Made by a program: the position numbers and the translations under genes. Below are positions 40,802 through 51,136 of a stretch of 64,000 nt of DNA, one piece after another. Positions within the stretch are counted from its first letter, which is position 1; each line of letters opens with the position of its first letter. The DNA is from Marsupella aquatica (Eukaryota > Plantae > Marchantiophyta): NCBI GenBank assembly GCA_973895155.1, contig OZ316897.1:10253832-10317831 (forward strand). Direction: 5' to 3'. The notes below the pieces were generated by a model that worked only from the letters and a program-made list of their open reading frames with translations, had not been told where the DNA came from and made no database searches.

Positions 40802-41965
40802 GTCCCCTCTTTCCCTACCTCCCTCCCTTCCCCTTCCCTGAGCCGCCCCCTTCTCCTCCTCCTTTCTTACTTCTCCTGCTGCCGCTGCTCCCGGGACCCG
40901 ATGCTACTCCTCTTGCGAGCCTCCTTCTCCCACCTGGAGACAGACCACCACCAGGTCAATCGACAGGCGCCCCCGACAAGCCTCGAATGTTGGTCCACCT
41001 CAGAGACCAGACAGAGAGGTAAATCAACCGAACAATGGGTGATTCAAGGTATTCCTCACTGGTGTACAATTGCCACAGCCGAGAGATCGAGCAAAGGAAA
41101 GATCCTAGACAGACGAAAAGAGAGAATCCTACTCTGAATCAAATCATTCCTCACTACGATACGACCTGCAAAAGCAGAGAGGGCGACCAAAGAGAGAGGA
41201 AAAAGAGGAGCTGTGCACAGAATCAAGCCACCCATCCCTAGGACGCAATCCGCGATACCTGAGAGAGCTAGCAGAGTAAGAGATCTTACCATAGATCAAG
41301 ATGAAAAACAACCCAGAAAATGATGCAAGTAATTCACAACTCGGATACAATCCGCGAGAGCCGAGAGAGCGAGCAAACTCGCAAAGAGCGATCGTCGTCG
41401 AAGTTGGACGGCACATAAACAGAGACACAAAGAGAGCGATGCGACCACCAGCAGCGATTTCGATCGACAGACTGTCTGCCGAATGATCTCAGTCTGTCTG
41501 CGGAATAAATGCGCACGCAATTTGCGGTGAGTTTTCACAGTAGGAATCGCATCGCATCGCAAGCCGTGGACCTCCAATTACCACCCTGCTCCCGGTCCAT
41601 CGCCCCTCCTCTCGCGAGCTTTCCGCAGTCCGCACCTTGTCAGGTCCCCCCAATGATCAGGCGAGAATTTGCAGCTGGAGAGGAAAAATACTCATTTCCG
41701 CTTACTTTTTCTCCCTTCGTCATCGGTAAACGGAATTGTAATCTACAGTCTACTTTTCCGTCGGAAGTAAATACAGCGTCGTCGCGTCAATACGTCTCCG
41801 CATTCAACACTTCCGTGCGTCCGTCAGCCCGCCTTTGTTTCCTTTCACGTACGTCCGTCCGTCAGTCCGCCCTTCGTTTTCTTTCACATTCGTCCGTCAG
41901 TCCACCTTCTTTTCTCGTTCCACGTCCGTCGGGAGCGCCGTAGATCTGGGCGCTCGCGAGACCAT

Positions 41966-42300
41966 CACGACCAAGCTTTTTTTGGTTATGTACGAATCTA
42001 TATCTAAACTCCCATAGACCACAATGGTTTTTTTCAAACTAGCTTTAGACCACAATGTCTTTATTTTAAAACTAGTTCGAATCAGGACCATGCTTTTTTG
42101 TTATGTACGAAGCTGAATCTAAACTCACATAGACCACATGTTTTGTTTCAAACTACCTATAGACCACAATCCCTTTTTTTCGAATCACGACCATGCTTTT
42201 CTTGTTACGTATGAATCTAAATTTAAACTCCCATAGACCACACTGTTGTTTTCCAAACTAGCTATACATCACAATGTCTTTGTTTTAAAACTAGTTCCCA
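41966..42300. repeat. Three-copy degenerate ~105-115-bp tandem repeat
   Basis: Units start ca(c/g)gacca.gctttt at 41966, 42083 and 42186. Each contains tctaaactc.catagaccac and caaacta. Confidence 0.8.
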
Positions 42301-43864
42301 TACCTTATGCACAGTATGGGCTCCCATACCATCATCGCACACAAGCATTGTTTAAATACAGAAAATTGTTGCTGAACAAGTGAAACTAGCCCCTGCTACC
42401 CGTTTGTTGAAAGTGAATAGACATGAGTACAATACACTGTTGACAAAATATATTCCCTAGTGTAATAGAATAATGTATCAAAACAGAAAATGAAACCCAA
42501 CTTGAGAGATTTCTCCATCAAGAGTAAGGTCCAACATACAAAGTTTCATGGCTAAAATTAGTGGAGCAAGGGTGAGGAAACCGAAACAACTGAATTTAAA
42601 CCAAACTAGCCCGATGACCCATTCCTTGAACATAAATAGATATGAAAGAAAATCTTGCACAATACAATTTACTATTTTGATTAGTTTTGACTCACCCTTG
42701 TTTTTGGTCCAATTTTGTCTTTATTTAGACTCAATGTCACTTTTGTCCATCCTCATTATATATATCATAGTGCCCAAAGGCAGAGAACGCCTAACCGGTA
42801 GACAAGAGCTCATTTAAAATGTTGACCTTATTGAACCTCATTATCAGTTTGTCTATATTGGGAGTTATAGTCTAGAGGCTTTGCTCTAGACCTAGGCCCT
42901 TAAGAGTAGACTTTGGTTGGTGCTTTATAATAAGATTGCAATGCAATTTACCAAACACTTACAGTTTCTTGATGCCCCAATTCCCATTTCCTCTGGGTCA
43001 TACTCTTGTTATGTTCCATTCCTTCTTTTGATAGTTGTAAGAAAAGAAATTAGTATTTTGCTTGTATTCTAAATTTTGTTGGTGTGCACATGAGGCATGG
43101 ATTAGCTGTATCATAAAACCTCCAAAAACTCACCCCACCCGATCCACTTTCTTACTCGCACCCTACATTTTGATTCATGCCCCCTTAGATCGATGAAAAC
43201 CAAAAAAATCTTTGCCAAAATAATAATTCTACCATGTTTCCCTTTCATCTTTGCCCCATCTTTTTGTCCACCATACTTTCAGTTTTGTCTTTACTAAAAG
43301 TCATTGTGGAGTCATTGTGAGCTTTGAAATGATGATAGAAACTATGGTACATATCATCATTTTAACATACATAATTCTCTCCATGCACATCCTTTTTTCC
43401 TTGCACATGAATTTTGGTGGAGCCCTACCTGCACATACATTTGGGGGCTGGGGTGGGGGGCGGGCTAGAGTCACGGTCTAGAGGCTTCACTCTAGTAGCC
43501 TAGACCCCAACTCTAGCTTCCCTTTGCACTTTATAATTAAGATGACATGTCAATGGCTTCCTTCCCTGGAGTAAGTCATGTGTGGTACACTTTGATTACC
43601 AAATGTAATATGGATGATATCAAATTTTGGTAGACATCAATGTCTAGGCTTTTTTCCCTTTTCTCCCAAGCAAATTGTATCCCTTACAAGTATATGTTGT
43701 TTCAATTTTGCCCTTTCCAGCATTAATGTTTTTAGTGTTGAGTAAAGACAACATTCACAATGACAAGCCCATGATAGATCATCCAACGCACAAGTAGTCG
43801 ATACAAAGAGATACATGGTTCATCTCAAGTGAGACTACATTCACGCAAGAACTTTATTGCATTC

Positions 43865-44339
43865 TGTTGGGTATTTACTCTTACGTCTAGGTTAGGTATG
43901 ACGTGGTTGGTACAACAACGTGGGTTGGTACAACTACGTGGTTAGGTACAACTACGTGATTAGGTACAACTATGTGGTTAGGTACAACTACGTGATTAGG
44001 TACAACTATGTGGTTAGGTACAACTACGTGATTAGGTACAACTATGTGGTTAGGTACAACTATGTGGTTAGGTACAACTAAGTTGCACACTATATCATAA
44101 GAGGCATGTGTGCTTGGAGAGGTAGAACCAAGGCTCATTGTTATGGAGCCACTTGAGAGATAGGGAGAGCTTACACTGTGGAGACTCGGTATAGCCGACG
44201 GGCTTAGAGTTCAGTAAAGCTCTCTTGTGTGTTCCCGTGGACGTAGCCTCAAGGAGGTGAACCACGTATCTCTTGTGTCGACTATTGTGCGTTGGATGGT
44301 TCATGGGCTTGCCGTTGCGATCGTCGTCTATGCTCAACA
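43865..44339 (+). repeat. LTR 1 (475 bp)
   Basis: tgttgggtatttactc...ctatgctcaaca, followed by the PBS. Confidence 0.95.
43901..44080 (+). repeat. Ten-copy 18-bp tandem repeat in LTR U3 (also in LTR2 and LTR3)
   Basis: ggtacaac recurs every 18 nt from 43909 to 44071. Unit gtg(g/a)ttaggtacaacta(c/t). Confidence 0.92.
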
Positions 44340-44341
44340 AT

Positions 44342-44353
44342 TGGTATCAGAGC
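44342..44353 (+). promoter_or_regulatory. Primer binding site, tRNA-iMet (second copy at 49710-49721)
   Basis: TGGTATCAGAGC 2 nt after the LTR end. Confidence 0.93.
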
Positions 44354-44910
44354 ATGCTTGGGAGGTGACGTGTGTTCGTGACGGGATTTCATGACGGTTT
44401 TTCCAGCGTTGAGTGTTGGTGGATTTTCCAGAGTTCCATCGCATGGAACTTGGAGTTTATGGGCTCAACGGATAGATCAGGGCAAGAGCTTTCTAACGGT
44501 GTGAAGAAATCGTTGAACGGAGCTCGTGGTGCAGAGAGATCTAAGTTTTCGTCGTTCTGGATTTTGTGAAGAAAGTTGGCAATCGACTCGGAGGGAGAAG
44601 CGTCAAGTGTTTTGACTCAACGGAAAGATTGAGGCAAGACGATTGTTTTTGAGTCCGGGATTGGCTCTTTGATGCAAAGAGGAAGGCTAAGCAAAATCAA
44701 TTACCTTGTTGGACTTGGTGACGGCACCAAGTGCAATTGATCAACATTCGTTGTTGACAAGACGTGGAACTTGAAGCACGAGGATCACCGCGGAGGTTTC
44801 AGGGGCAGAGAGAGGAGCAGGAGGAAGAGCACGTGACACCGATACCATCACTGGTGCGGCGTGTGGTGGAGGAAGCAGTACTACTACCGGAGCTCACGGT
44901 AAAGAAGAAG

Positions 44911-45768
44911 ATGGGGACTTTCAAGCTTGGGGGACCCAAGTATGAAGTGACAAAGTATGATGGGCGCTCTGACTACTTGCTATGGGAGAAGCAGGTGAAG
45001 GGAGTGCTTTATGCGTCAGGGATAGGCCAACTGCTGAGCCCTCGTGAAGACGATGTTGATGAGAAACAATGGGACCGCATGCAGGAGCAGGGAGTGTGGT
45101 GTGTTACACTCTATCTCATGCCTCCCATCATCAAGCAGTTAGGTGCACATAAGGATTGCATGTCCTTGTTTGCGGAATTGCAGAGCAAGTATCACCGCAA
45201 GGAGTTGTCGAACCGGCTCTACACTTCCTACAAACTGATGAGTTTCAGGATGAAGGAATCTGGTACAAAGTTGCAAGACCATGTGGATGCTTTCAACGAC
45301 ATGGTCGTTGACTTGGAAAACCTTGGGGAGACTTTGAATGATGAGACGAAGGCTCTGCAGCTTCTTAGTTCATTGCCTCCATCTTACCAGTCCCTATCAC
45401 GAGTGTTGTTGCATCGTGATAGGGATACCATTTCATACAATGACGTGGTAAGTTCTCTACTTAGTGATGATCTTCAGCAGAAGATGCACATCACGTCACA
45501 GCCTTCATCATCTGGTGCTGCCCTCAATGTTAACCGTGGGAGGAGTATGCAGCGACCAACTAGGGACCGTAGAACCCAGTTTAGATCTAAATCCATATCT
45601 AAGTCCAAGGGTAAATCCCCTCAGAGGAGGCAGGTGACATGTTGGAAGTGCAACCAAGTTGGACACTTCAAGCGAGACTGTAAGGGAAAGGCAGCGGAAA
45701 CTTCATCGGCAAATGTGGCTAGGGCTGATGGAGAAGCTGATTTACTCAATGATGAGTATGTTTTATGA
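44911..45768 (+). CDS. gag: Copia Gag, unit 1 (first in-frame ATG at 44911)
   Basis: KYEVTKYDG..DYLLW, LLSSLPPSY and zinc knuckle CWKCNQVGHFKRDC. Ends TGA. Confidence 0.9.
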   Translation: MGTFKLGGPKYEVTKYDGRSDYLLWEKQVKGVLYASGIGQLLSPREDDVDEKQWDRMQEQGVWCVTLYLMPPIIKQLGAHKDCMSLFAELQSKYHRKELSNRLYTSYKLMSFRMKESGTKLQDHVDAFNDMVVDLENLGETLNDETKALQLLSSLPPSYQSLSRVLLHRDRDTISYNDVVSSLLSDDLQQKMHITSQPSSSGAALNVNRGRSMQRPTRDRRTQFRSKSISKSKGKSPQRRQVTCWKCNQVGHFKRDCKGKAAETSSANVARADGEADLLNDEYVL

Positions 45769-48700
45769 AGCCGGGGGTATGCCCTGTGCACGTCATCTAG
45801 GAGAGCAGATGATGTGTGGATTCTTGATTGTGCTTGCTCTTTTCATATTTGTTACATTCGTGAGTTTTTCAGTTCTTACTCTGTTTCAAACGGTTCAGTT
45901 CTGATGGGAAATGATCACTCCTGTCAAATTGAGGGAATTGGGTCTGTGAAGATTCAAATGTTTGATGGGGCTGTGCGCATAGTGTCCGGAGTCAGGTATG
46001 TACCTGGCATGCGTAAGAATCTGATTTCACTCGGTGTGTTGGATTCAAATGGTCATCAATGGAGCGTTATTGATGGTGAACTTCAAGTTAGGTCGGGAGA
46101 GACAGTGATTTTGAAGGGGAGTAGACAAAAGAATTTGTATGTGTTACAGGGCAATACTGTATGTGAAGAGGCCAATGTAACCAAGTCTCACGAGGAGATG
46201 ACTCAACTGTGGCATTCACGGCTAGGCCACATGAGTGAGAAGGGTTTGGCTATCTTACGGAAGAATGGACTCATTTCTGATTTGCAATCTTGTAAATTAA
46301 AGTTTTGTGAGCATTGCATTCTTGGAAAGCAGCATCGTCGTGCTTTTGGTGTTGGAACTCATCGTTCCAAAGCGGTTCTTGAGTACATACATAGTGACGT
46401 GTGGGGTCCATCCCCGACTCCCTCACACTCTGGAAAGTTGTACTATGTATCATTTATTGATGATTACTCAAGATTTGTGTGGATTTATTTCATGACGCAT
46501 AAGTCTGATGTCTTGTCCATTTTTAAGAAGTGGAAGGCCCAGGTGGAGAATCAGACTGGAAACACGATCAAGTGTTTCGATACAAGGGTGAAGAGTCTGA
46601 GGTCAGACAACGGCGGGGAGTACACTTCAATGGAATTTGAAGAGTACTGTTCAGAACAGGGGATAACTCGCCATCTCACCATAGTTTATACTCCGCAGCA
46701 GAATGGTATCGTTGAGAGGCTCAATCGGACACTGTTGGAGCGGTCACGGAGTATGTTGAGCCAATCAGGTTTACCACAAGAATTTTGGGCAGAAGCTGTC
46801 AATACCGCAGCTTATTTGGTAAATCTTTCTCCTTCTAGTGCTATCAATTTCAAAACGCCGTTTGAGATGCGCTATAAGCGGCAAGCAGACTATCATGGCT
46901 TGGTAATTTTTGGAAGTGATGCATATGCTCTCACACCAAAGCAGAATAGGACCAAGTTGGATCCTACCTCCAGGAAATGTGTTTTTCTTGGGTACCAGAG
47001 TGGTGTGAAAGCCTATAGGCTATGGGATCCTATTGCCTGTAAGCTCGTTGTCAGTAGGGATGTTTCCTTCAATGAATCCAGATTATTGAAGGAGGGGGAG
47101 AATACTCAGGTCTCCCGTACTGACAAAAGAAAATCTCCTATCCCGGATCTCGTTGAGGGGGAGATTGGTTATGAGGTGCATGACCGGAGAGAAGGAGTTG
47201 CTCCAATTATGGAGCTGGTTCCTGTGCCAGAGGAACCAGAGGAGTTTGTTGATGCTGGTGAGCAGCAAGTGGATGCTGTTGAGCTTCAAATTGTACCAGC
47301 ACACGCAGATCAACCGGAGTCATCGGCTAGAAGAACATCTGGTCGCACTGTACGCGCTCCATCAAGGTATGGACAGTGGGTTGATTCATCTCAACTGCAA
47401 GAGGATGATTTTACAGCTGATGATGAGGGTGATGCGTTAATTTTGGAAGAAGGAGAACCTTCTTCATTTCATGAGGCAAGTGCTTCAAAGGAGAAGCAAA
47501 AGTGGACTGCAGCAATGCAAACAGAGATGCAGTCACTAAAGGACAACAAAACTTGGGAGCTTGTTAAGCTGCCTAAGGGTCAGCAAGTGGTGGACAGCAA
47601 GTGGATTTACAAGCTGAAGGATAATTCCATAGGAGGTGGATCGAAGGTCTACAAGGCTAGATTGGTAGCAAAGGGATTCACACAAGAGAAAGGTGTGGAT
47701 TACAATGAGGTCTTCTCACCAGTTGCTAAGTACTCTACAATACGACTATTGTGTGTACTTGTTGTAATGTTTGGTCTGCTCCTAGATCAGATGGATGTTG
47801 TCACAGCTTTCCTCTATGGCACATTGGAAGAGGTGATCTTCATGAGACAACCGCTAGGTTTTGTGAAGAGAGGACAGGAGGAATTGGTTTGCAGATTGCT
47901 GAAATCCTTGTATGGGTTGAAGCAGTCACCAAGACAGTGGAACAAGCGGTTTGACGATTGGATTCGGTCACAAGGTTTTCACAGAAGTGTATTTGACCCT
48001 TGTGTGTATTTGAAACCGGTGAAGAATGTTGTCTTTGGGTTCATTGTTTTAGTACTTTATGTGGATGACATGCTAATTGCAGCCAAGGATAGGTCTGAGA
48101 TTGTTAAGCTCAAGGCACTGCTTAGTGCAGAGTTTAAGATGAAGGACTTAGGGCCAGCTAAGAGGATTTTGGGTATGGAGATCACTAGGGACTTGGAGGC
48201 TGGCAAGCTATGGTTGACGCAGAGCAGTTATGCGAGGAAGGTAATTGCAAGGTTCAACATGGAGAATAGCAAGCCAGTAAGTACCCCGTTGGCTCCACAC
48301 TTCAAGTTATCATCAGCGTTCTGTCCTACGGATGACACAGAGAAGGGGTTGATGTCAAAGGTTCCATATGACAAGGCAGTGGGGAGTCTCATGTATTTGA
48401 TGACTTGCACTAGACCTGATCTTGCCATGGCTATGGGCAAGGTGAGCAGGTACATGTCGAATCCAGGGAAGGTACACTGGGAAGCAGTGAAGTGGATTAT
48501 CAGGTACTTGAAGGGTACCGTGGATCATGGTCTTTTATTTGATGCGAATGCAAAGAATGCTAGATCATTGATTGGCTATGTAGATTCTGACTATGGACAA
48601 GATTTGGACCGAAGGAGATCAACAACAGGATACGTGTTCACACTTGGCGGTGGATGCATAAGTTGGAGGTCTACTTTGCAGAAGTGTATTGCTCAGTCTA

Positions 48701-49041
48701 CTACAGAAGCGGAGTATGTTGCAGCTGCGGAAGCAGCAAAGGAAGCGATTTGGTTGGATAGACTTATCACTGAAATGGGATTGCCACAGGGGAATGTGAA
48801 GCTCCATTGTGATAGTCAAAGTGCGCTCCACCTTGCTGTGAACCAGGTGATGGACAGCAGAGTGAAGCACATTGACGTCAGGTACCATTTTATCAGGCAG
48901 GCTGTGTCTGATAAATTGTTTGAGCTAGTCAAGATTGATGGTAAACTCAACCCGGCTGACGCATTTACCAAAGTGATTCCTTTGGAGAGTTTCTCTAGAC
49001 ACCGTGACGTATTGCAGGTTTTGCAATTGCATCACAAGTAG
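45769..49041 (+). CDS. pol: Copia Pol (protease-integrase-RT-RNase H), unit 1; same frame as gag, open directly after the gag TGA
   Basis: WILDCACSFH, WHSRLGH..CEHC, IHSDVWG, LRSDNGGEY, YKARLVAKG, SLYGLKQSPRQW, LYVDDML and KHIDVRYHFIR. Confidence 0.93.
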   Translation, partial: SRGYALCTSSRRADDVWILDCACSFHICYIREFFSSYSVSNGSVLMGNDHSCQIEGIGSVKIQMFDGAVRIVSGVRYVPGMRKNLISLGVLDSNGHQWSVIDGELQVRSGETVILKGSRQKNLYVLQGNTVCEEANVTKSHEEMTQLWHSRLGHMSEKGLAILRKNGLISDLQSCKLKFCEHCILGKQHRRAFGVGTHRSKAVLEYIHSDVWGPSPTPSHSGKLYYVSFIDDYSRFVWIYFMTHKSDVLSIFKKWKAQVENQTGNTIKCFDTRVKSLRSDNGGEYTSMEFEEYCSEQGITRHLTIVYTPQQNGIVERLNRTLLERSRSMLSQSGLPQEFWAEAVNTAAYLVNLSPSSAINFKTPFEMRYKRQADYHGLVIFGSDAYALTPKQNRTKLDPTSRKCVFLGYQSGVKAYRLWDPIACKLVVSRDVSFNESRLLKEGENTQVSRTDKRKSPIPDLVEGEIGYEVHDRREGVAPIMELVPVPEEPEEFVDAGEQQVDAVELQIVPAHADQPESSARRTSGRTVRAPSRYGQWVDSSQLQEDDFTADDEGDALILEEGEPSSFHEASASKEKQKWTAAMQTEMQSLKDNKTWELVKLPKGQQVVDSKWIYKLKDNSIGGGSKVYKARLVAKGFTQEKGVDYNEVFSPVAKYSTIRLLCVLVVMFGLLLDQMDVVTAFLYGTLEEVIFMRQPLGFVKRGQEELVCRLLKSLYGLKQSPRQWNKRFDDWIRSQGFHRSVFDPCVYLKPVKNVVFGFIVLVLYVDDMLIAAKDRSEIVKLKALLSAEFKMKDLGPAKRILGMEITRDLEAGKLWLTQSSYARKVIARFNMENSKPVSTPLAPHFKLSSAFCPTDDTEKGLMSKVPYDKAVGSLMYLMTCTRPDLAMAMGKVSRYMSNPGKVHWEAVKWIIRYLKGTVDHGLLFDANAKNARSLIGYVDSDYGQDLDRRRSTTGYVFTLGGGCISWRSTLQKCIAQSTTEAEYVAAAEAAKEAIWLDRLITEMGLPQGNVKLHCDSQSALHLAVNQVMDSRVKHIDVRYHFIRQAVSDKLFELVKIDGKLNPADAFTKVIPLESFSRHRDVLQVLQLHHK

Positions 49042-49216
49042 AGTTTTCTTAAACATTCATTGTAATTACTGATATATGCTCTTCCTCATTCCTATGTATT
49101 AGGCTACGGCTTAGTTCTGGTTTGCTCTAGTTAGAGAGGGAAACCGGTTTGGTTTCTGTCCAGAACTTCCCGCTGAGGGATCATATACATTGGCAGTATT
49201 ACTCTCCCCTAGACCA

Positions 49217-49232
49217 GAGTCAAGGGGAAGAT
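49217..49232 (+). promoter_or_regulatory. Polypurine tract (second copy at 54585-54600)
   Basis: gagtcaaggggaagat immediately 5' of LTR2 and LTR3. Confidence 0.8.
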
Positions 49233-49707
49233 TGTTGGGTATTTACTCTTACGTCTAGGTTAGGTATGACGTGGTTGGTACAACAACGTGGGTTGGTACA
49301 ACTACGTGGTTAGGTACAACTACGTGATTAGGTACAACTATGTGGTTAGGTACAACTACGTGATTAGGTACAACTATGTGGTTAGGTACAACTACGTGAT
49401 TAGGTACAACTATGTGGTTAGGTACAACTATGTGGTTAGGTACAACTAAGTTGCACACTATATCATAAGAGGCATGTGTGCTTGGAGAGGTAGAACCAAG
49501 GCTCATTGTTATGGAGCCACTTGAGAGATAGGGAGAGCTTACACTGTGGAGACTCGGTATAGCCGACGGGCTTAGAGTTCAGTAAAGCTCTCTTGTGTGT
49601 TCCCGTGGACGTAGCCTCAAGGAGGTGAACCACGTATCTCTTGTGTCGACTATTGTGCGTTGGATGGTTCATGGGCTTGCCGTTGCGATCGTCGTCTATG
49701 CTCAACA
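49233..49707 (+). repeat. LTR 2 (shared internal LTR)
   Basis: Same sequence as LTR1. Preceded by the PPT and followed by the PBS. Confidence 0.95.
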
Positions 49708-50278
49708 ATTGGTATCAGAGCATGCTTGGGAGGTGACGTGTGTTCGTGACGGGATTTCATGACGGTTTTTCCAGCGTTGAGTGTTGGTGGATTTTCCAGA
49801 GTTCCATCGCATGGAACTTGGAGTTTATGGGCTCAACGGATAGATCAGGGCAAGAGCTTTCTAACGGTGTGAAGAAATCGTTGAACGGAGCTCGTGGTGC
49901 AGAGAGATCTAAGTTTTCGTCGTTCTGGATTTTGTGAAGAAAGTTGGCAATCGACTCGGAGGGAGAAGCGTCAAGTGTTTTGACTCAACGGAAAGATTGA
50001 GGCAAGACGATTGTTTTTGAGTCCGGGATTGGCTCTTTGATGCAAAGAGGAAGGCTAAGCAAAATCAATTACCTTGTTGGACTTGGTGACGGCACCAAGT
50101 GCAATTGATCAACATTCGTTGTTGACAAGACGTGGAACTTGAAGCACGAGGATCACCGCGGAGGTTTCAGGGGCAGAGAGAGGAGCAGGAGGAAGAGCAC
50201 GTGACACCGATACCATCACTGGTGCGGCGTGTGGTGGAGGAAGCAGTACTACTACCGGAGCTCACGGTAAAGAAGAAG

Positions 50279-51136
50279 ATGGGGACTTTCAAGCTTGGGG
50301 GACCCAAGTATGAAGTGACAAAGTATGATGGGCGCTCTGACTACTTGCTATGGGAGAAGCAGGTGAAGGGAGTGCTTTATGCGTCAGGGATAGGCCAACT
50401 GCTGAGCCCTCGTGAAGACGATGTTGATGAGAAACAATGGGACCGCATGCAGGAGCAGGGAGTGTGGTGTGTTACACTCTATCTCATGCCTCCCATCATC
50501 AAGCAGTTAGGTGCACATAAGGATTGCATGTCCTTGTTTGCGGAATTGCAGAGCAAGTATCACCGCAAGGAGTTGTCGAACCGGCTCTACACTTCCTACA
50601 AACTGATGAGTTTCAGGATGAAGGAATCTGGTACAAAGTTGCAAGACCATGTGGATGCTTTCAACGACATGGTCGTTGACTTGGAAAACCTTGGGGAGAC
50701 TTTGAATGATGAGACGAAGGCTCTGCAGCTTCTTAGTTCATTGCCTCCATCTTACCAGTCCCTATCACGAGTGTTGTTGCATCGTGATAGGGATACCATT
50801 TCATACAATGACGTGGTAAGTTCTCTACTTAGTGATGATCTTCAGCAGAAGATGCACATCACGTCACAGCCTTCATCATCTGGTGCTGCCCTCAATGTTA
50901 ACCGTGGGAGGAGTATGCAGCGACCAACTAGGGACCGTAGAACCCAGTTTAGATCTAAATCCATATCTAAGTCCAAGGGTAAATCCCCTCAGAGGAGGCA
51001 GGTGACATGTTGGAAGTGCAACCAAGTTGGACACTTCAAGCGAGACTGTAAGGGAAAGGCAGCGGAAACTTCATCGGCAAATGTGGCTAGGGCTGATGGA
51101 GAAGCTGATTTACTCAATGATGAGTATGTTTTATGA
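50279..51136 (+). CDS. gag: Copia Gag, unit 2
   Basis: Translation identical to unit 1. Confidence 0.9.
   Translation: MGTFKLGGPKYEVTKYDGRSDYLLWEKQVKGVLYASGIGQLLSPREDDVDEKQWDRMQEQGVWCVTLYLMPPIIKQLGAHKDCMSLFAELQSKYHRKELSNRLYTSYKLMSFRMKESGTKLQDHVDAFNDMVVDLENLGETLNDETKALQLLSSLPPSYQSLSRVLLHRDRDTISYNDVVSSLLSDDLQQKMHITSQPSSSGAALNVNRGRSMQRPTRDRRTQFRSKSISKSKGKSPQRRQVTCWKCNQVGHFKRDCKGKAAETSSANVARADGEADLLNDEYVL

Noticed and set aside
43887-44138. 18-bp periodic array as a CRISPR array, or the minus-strand VVPNH-repeat ORF as a protein
   Set aside because: Units are contiguous with no unique spacers and lie inside an LTR. The ORF is a by-product of the stop-free repeat.
45814-45816. GTG as an independent pol start
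   Set aside because: It sits four codons before the protease catalytic Asp and would truncate the protease. The frame is already open from 45769.
45659-45904. Overlapping 81-aa ORF as a gag-pol frameshift bridge
   Set aside because: gag and pol are in the same frame, so a single frameshift cannot join them.
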